Position numbers and translations under genes: made by a program. Below are positions 61,764 to 64,000 of a stretch of DNA of 64,000 nucleotides, piece by piece. The stretch comes from Candidatus Bathyarchaeota archaeon. Lineage in GTDB: Archaea; Thermoproteota; Bathyarchaeia; Bathyarchaeales; Bathycorpusculaceae. Under the pieces are notes generated by a model. That model did no database searches, was not told the DNA's origin, and was given only the letters and a program-made list of their open reading frames with translations. Every line of letters begins with the position of its first letter. Positions within the stretch are counted from its first letter, which is position 1. The stretch covers positions 32,001 to 96,000 of the forward strand of contig CAWABA010000006.1 in NCBI GenBank assembly GCA_963780185.1, written 5' to 3'.

Positions 61764-62824
61764 CGCTGCGGGACCGCGACGCCATCGAAACCGCTGAAGG
61801 CTTAATCTTCCGTGTCTTCGGCTACTCGCATCCGCCAGCCGCCTACATCTGCGACGCCGAGTATGCTTCATCAAAAATTTTCCAGTCAAAAGACCCCCGA
61901 GCGCCGCGAGAAGGCAAAGGGCAGCTTTACTTTAAATTCTACAACGACGAAGGCATGAAACTCGTCTACAAAAAGTACCCGCAGTACCAAGTTTTCCACG
62001 AAATGCTCGGGCTAAACCTTGTCGGAGTAAAAAACGGCGACATCGCCGAAGCCAGAAAACCCGAGGTGCGACTGCAAAAGCTGCTTGACGCGGGTCCAAC
62101 AGATGAGTTGTTGGCAGCTATGGAGCGGGTCCTTATGATATCGCTCAATAATTCAGGGTTGAAAACGGAGAATTTCGGTGTCTTCGGCTCCATGCTGCAT
62201 GGATTTCATCACCCCAAATTTTCAGATATCGACCTGATAGTTTACGGCAAAAAAGAGAACGCCAAAATGCGACGAAACACTCCAAGCCCTGTACGCTGAT
62301 GCCCAGTCTGGTTTTCATAACGAGTTCGAGTCTGACAAAGCCATGGAGGGTAAGGATTGGCGTTTCCAAAACTTTACCGTTGAAGACTTCGTTTGGCATC
62401 AACGCAGAAAACAGATTTACGGGTTATACGATGACAAAGCAAGCGGGCGAACCATTAAAGCCGAGTTTGAACCTGTGAAGGCTTGGAGCGAAATCAAATC
62501 AGAATACGATCCGCGGACGTGCATAACACAGCAGGGGCTGGGTTAAACTTAAAGCGCGCATAACAGCCGACGACGAGGCGCCGTTTATTCCGTCGATCTA
62601 TGGCATTGAGCCTCTGGAGGTTATCAGCGGTCCAAAGGAAGCGTTCGAGGTGCACGAGGGTTTTCTCTTTCATGGAGGAGTTCCGTCAGCAGGCACAAAA
62701 AGACGAAGAAGTCTTGGTTGAAGGGAATCTTGAAGAAGTTATGTCGCCAACTGAACAATTCCACCAGGTCACATTGACTTATTGCCCACGCTACTACGAA
62801 CAAGTCCTCAAAGTGCAGCATTAA
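61745..62824 (+). CDS. Nucleotidyltransferase (COG1665-like) paralogue 2, frameshifted
   Basis: RDRDAIETAEGLIFRVFGYSHP, GVFGSMLHGFHHPKFSDIDLIVYG and VEGNLEEV. Confidence 0.8.
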
Positions 62825-63840
62825 ATACGCGAGAGAACCATGTAGTCTGACGGTTTGTTCCCAAGGATTAAGCGGTAATGTTCGGTGCCTGTTTTGTTGT
62901 CTGTGACCAATTCAACTTTTCCCTGAGCCTCAATCGTCTCGCCGTTTTCTGCTTGTTCACAGAATCTGCCGCGGAATGAAACAATCTCATCTATTGACGG
63001 CAAGTTGGGTCCTTCAACAATTTGAGTGTCTTGCAGCTTGTAGGAGCAGGGCGTGAAAAGCGAGTCTGCTCCGTCAGCTATTTTGGCAACTATTTTTGCG
63101 TAGCCGCTGTTTTTGAAGCATACGTCTCCGTATTGCTCGCTGATTTCGCGCCAATCCTTCACGAAGCGGATGAAGTAGTCTGTGCCCATGAACTTGCCTT
63201 GGAACGCCTTGCGGCTTTCGACCAAAACGAAATCTTCGAAGCTCATCTGAGTATCCTTCGAACGGAAATCGAAAAGCTCCTGCAGCTCCCCCTCCGTATA
63301 AGCCTTGAACCCTGAATGCTCATCCTCACGAAGCCTTTTGAGAGCAGCGTAAGCGTTTCTGCAGTTTTCCACGCCGTAAACAAGGGGGTCGATGTCTGAC
63401 TTCTCCGTTGTTAACCCAGCCATTATCGAGCCTGAAATGCCTATGCTGCTCCATGGGATGCCTGCTTCTTTTTTGAGGGTTTCCGCCAGCTGCAAGGCTT
63501 TGCTTTCTAAAACGGTGAGGTCTTTGGAGGTGCGTAGTGCCCAGAGTTTTTCTTCAGGCTTGTAGTGCTCAGCCACCTGATCAACAGGAACTTCACACAT
63601 AGTCTCGCCCATTACGGCGTCAAAAACGATGAGGTCAGGGTAATTTTCCTGCAGGTACTTGAATCGGTCGCCCAGACTGTACACTTTGCCGTAAAGGCTG
63701 TCTTTGCCCTGCCGTGTGCCCTGAGGCGAAGGAATGAACCGTGGAAAAGCAACGATTTTTCCCGCTGGATGCGTTAAGCCTTTAACGTCAAAAACCACGC
63801 CGCTTTTCGTTTTGATTAAGTCGCCTTCACGTGCCCTCAC
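62821..63840 (-). CDS. Nucleotidyltransferase (COG1665-like) paralogue 3
   Basis: REGDLIKTKSGVVFDVKGLTHP, GISGSIMAGLTTEKSDIDPLVYG and SFRGRFCEQA...GKVELV. Confidence 0.85.
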   Translation of the reverse strand: MRAREGDLIKTKSGVVFDVKGLTHPAGKIVAFPRFIPSPQGTRQGKDSLYGKVYSLGDRFKYLQENYPDLIVFDAVMGETMCEVPVDQVAEHYKPEEKLWALRTSKDLTVLESKALQLAETLKKEAGIPWSSIGISGSIMAGLTTEKSDIDPLVYGVENCRNAYAALKRLREDEHSGFKAYTEGELQELFDFRSKDTQMSFEDFVLVESRKAFQGKFMGTDYFIRFVKDWREISEQYGDVCFKNSGYAKIVAKIADGADSLFTPCSYKLQDTQIVEGPNLPSIDEIVSFRGRFCEQAENGETIEAQGKVELVTDNKTGTEHYRLILGNKPSDYMVLSRI

Positions 63841-63901
63841 ATGAACCCCTGCTTTTATTTTCTAATAAGTTTAATAAACCTTCTTTGCGCCAATTAAGTC
63901 G

Positions 63902-64000
63902 ATGCATCCAATGAAGAACTGCGAAAAGGCTCAACACGTCTCCAAATGCCTGCAGCTGGCGGTTTTGCTTGAAGTTAGCGCCGAAAAACCAGGCAACGTC
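63902..64000 (+). CDS. citG: CitG/MdcB-like triphosphoribosyl-dephospho-CoA synthase family, N-terminus only
   Basis: MHPMKNCEKAQHVSKCLQLAVLLEVSAEKPGNV matches the family LEV...KPGNV motif; truncated by the window end. Confidence 0.7.
   Translation, partial: MHPMKNCEKAQHVSKCLQLAVLLEVSAEKPGNV

Noticed and set aside
1-64000. tRNA, rRNA, integrase or transposase genes, and most antisense or overlapping ORFs in the track
   Set aside because: No cloverleaf, rRNA-like segment or recombinase motif was recognised by eye; the shadow ORFs overlap well-supported genes and lack motifs.

Overview
This is a gene-dense archaeal chromosomal segment. The gene set and the GAGGTGA/TTTA[AT]A signals suggest a TACK archaeon, most likely Bathyarchaeia; that assignment is an inference. 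Housekeeping genes include alkA, pyrH, a nurA-herA pair, endA, glyS, malic enzyme, rimI, an SSB and an orphan ESCRT-III/CdvB paralogue. Accessory content includes four ABC systems, a ~1750-aa PQQ/PKD surface protein, a RecB-nuclease/SF1-helicase fusion, a VapBC module, an AT-rich signalling and polysaccharide island, and three Pol-beta-type nucleotidyltransferases next to a citG-like gene. Many genes, including essential glyS, are split by single-base frameshifts, most likely long-read indel errors. The best novel candidate is at 57.6-60.5 kb. An unannotated 18-aa ORF (MSKKAIRAKGNIYWGGWG) has its own TATA box, strong SD and T-tract terminator. It is followed by a degenerate isoprenyl-diphosphate-synthase-fold enzyme with ComQ-like motif changes and an MFS-like membrane protein. 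Together these look like an archaeal ComQ/ComX-like Trp-prenylated peptide (RiPP/pheromone) system. Other highlights are a missed 55-aa Cys-rich desulforedoxin-like gene, a phased GATATC operator array, a REC-PIG-L deacetylase fusion, and a 21-bp dispersed repeat with a micro-inverted core at the right edge of two AT-rich islands.
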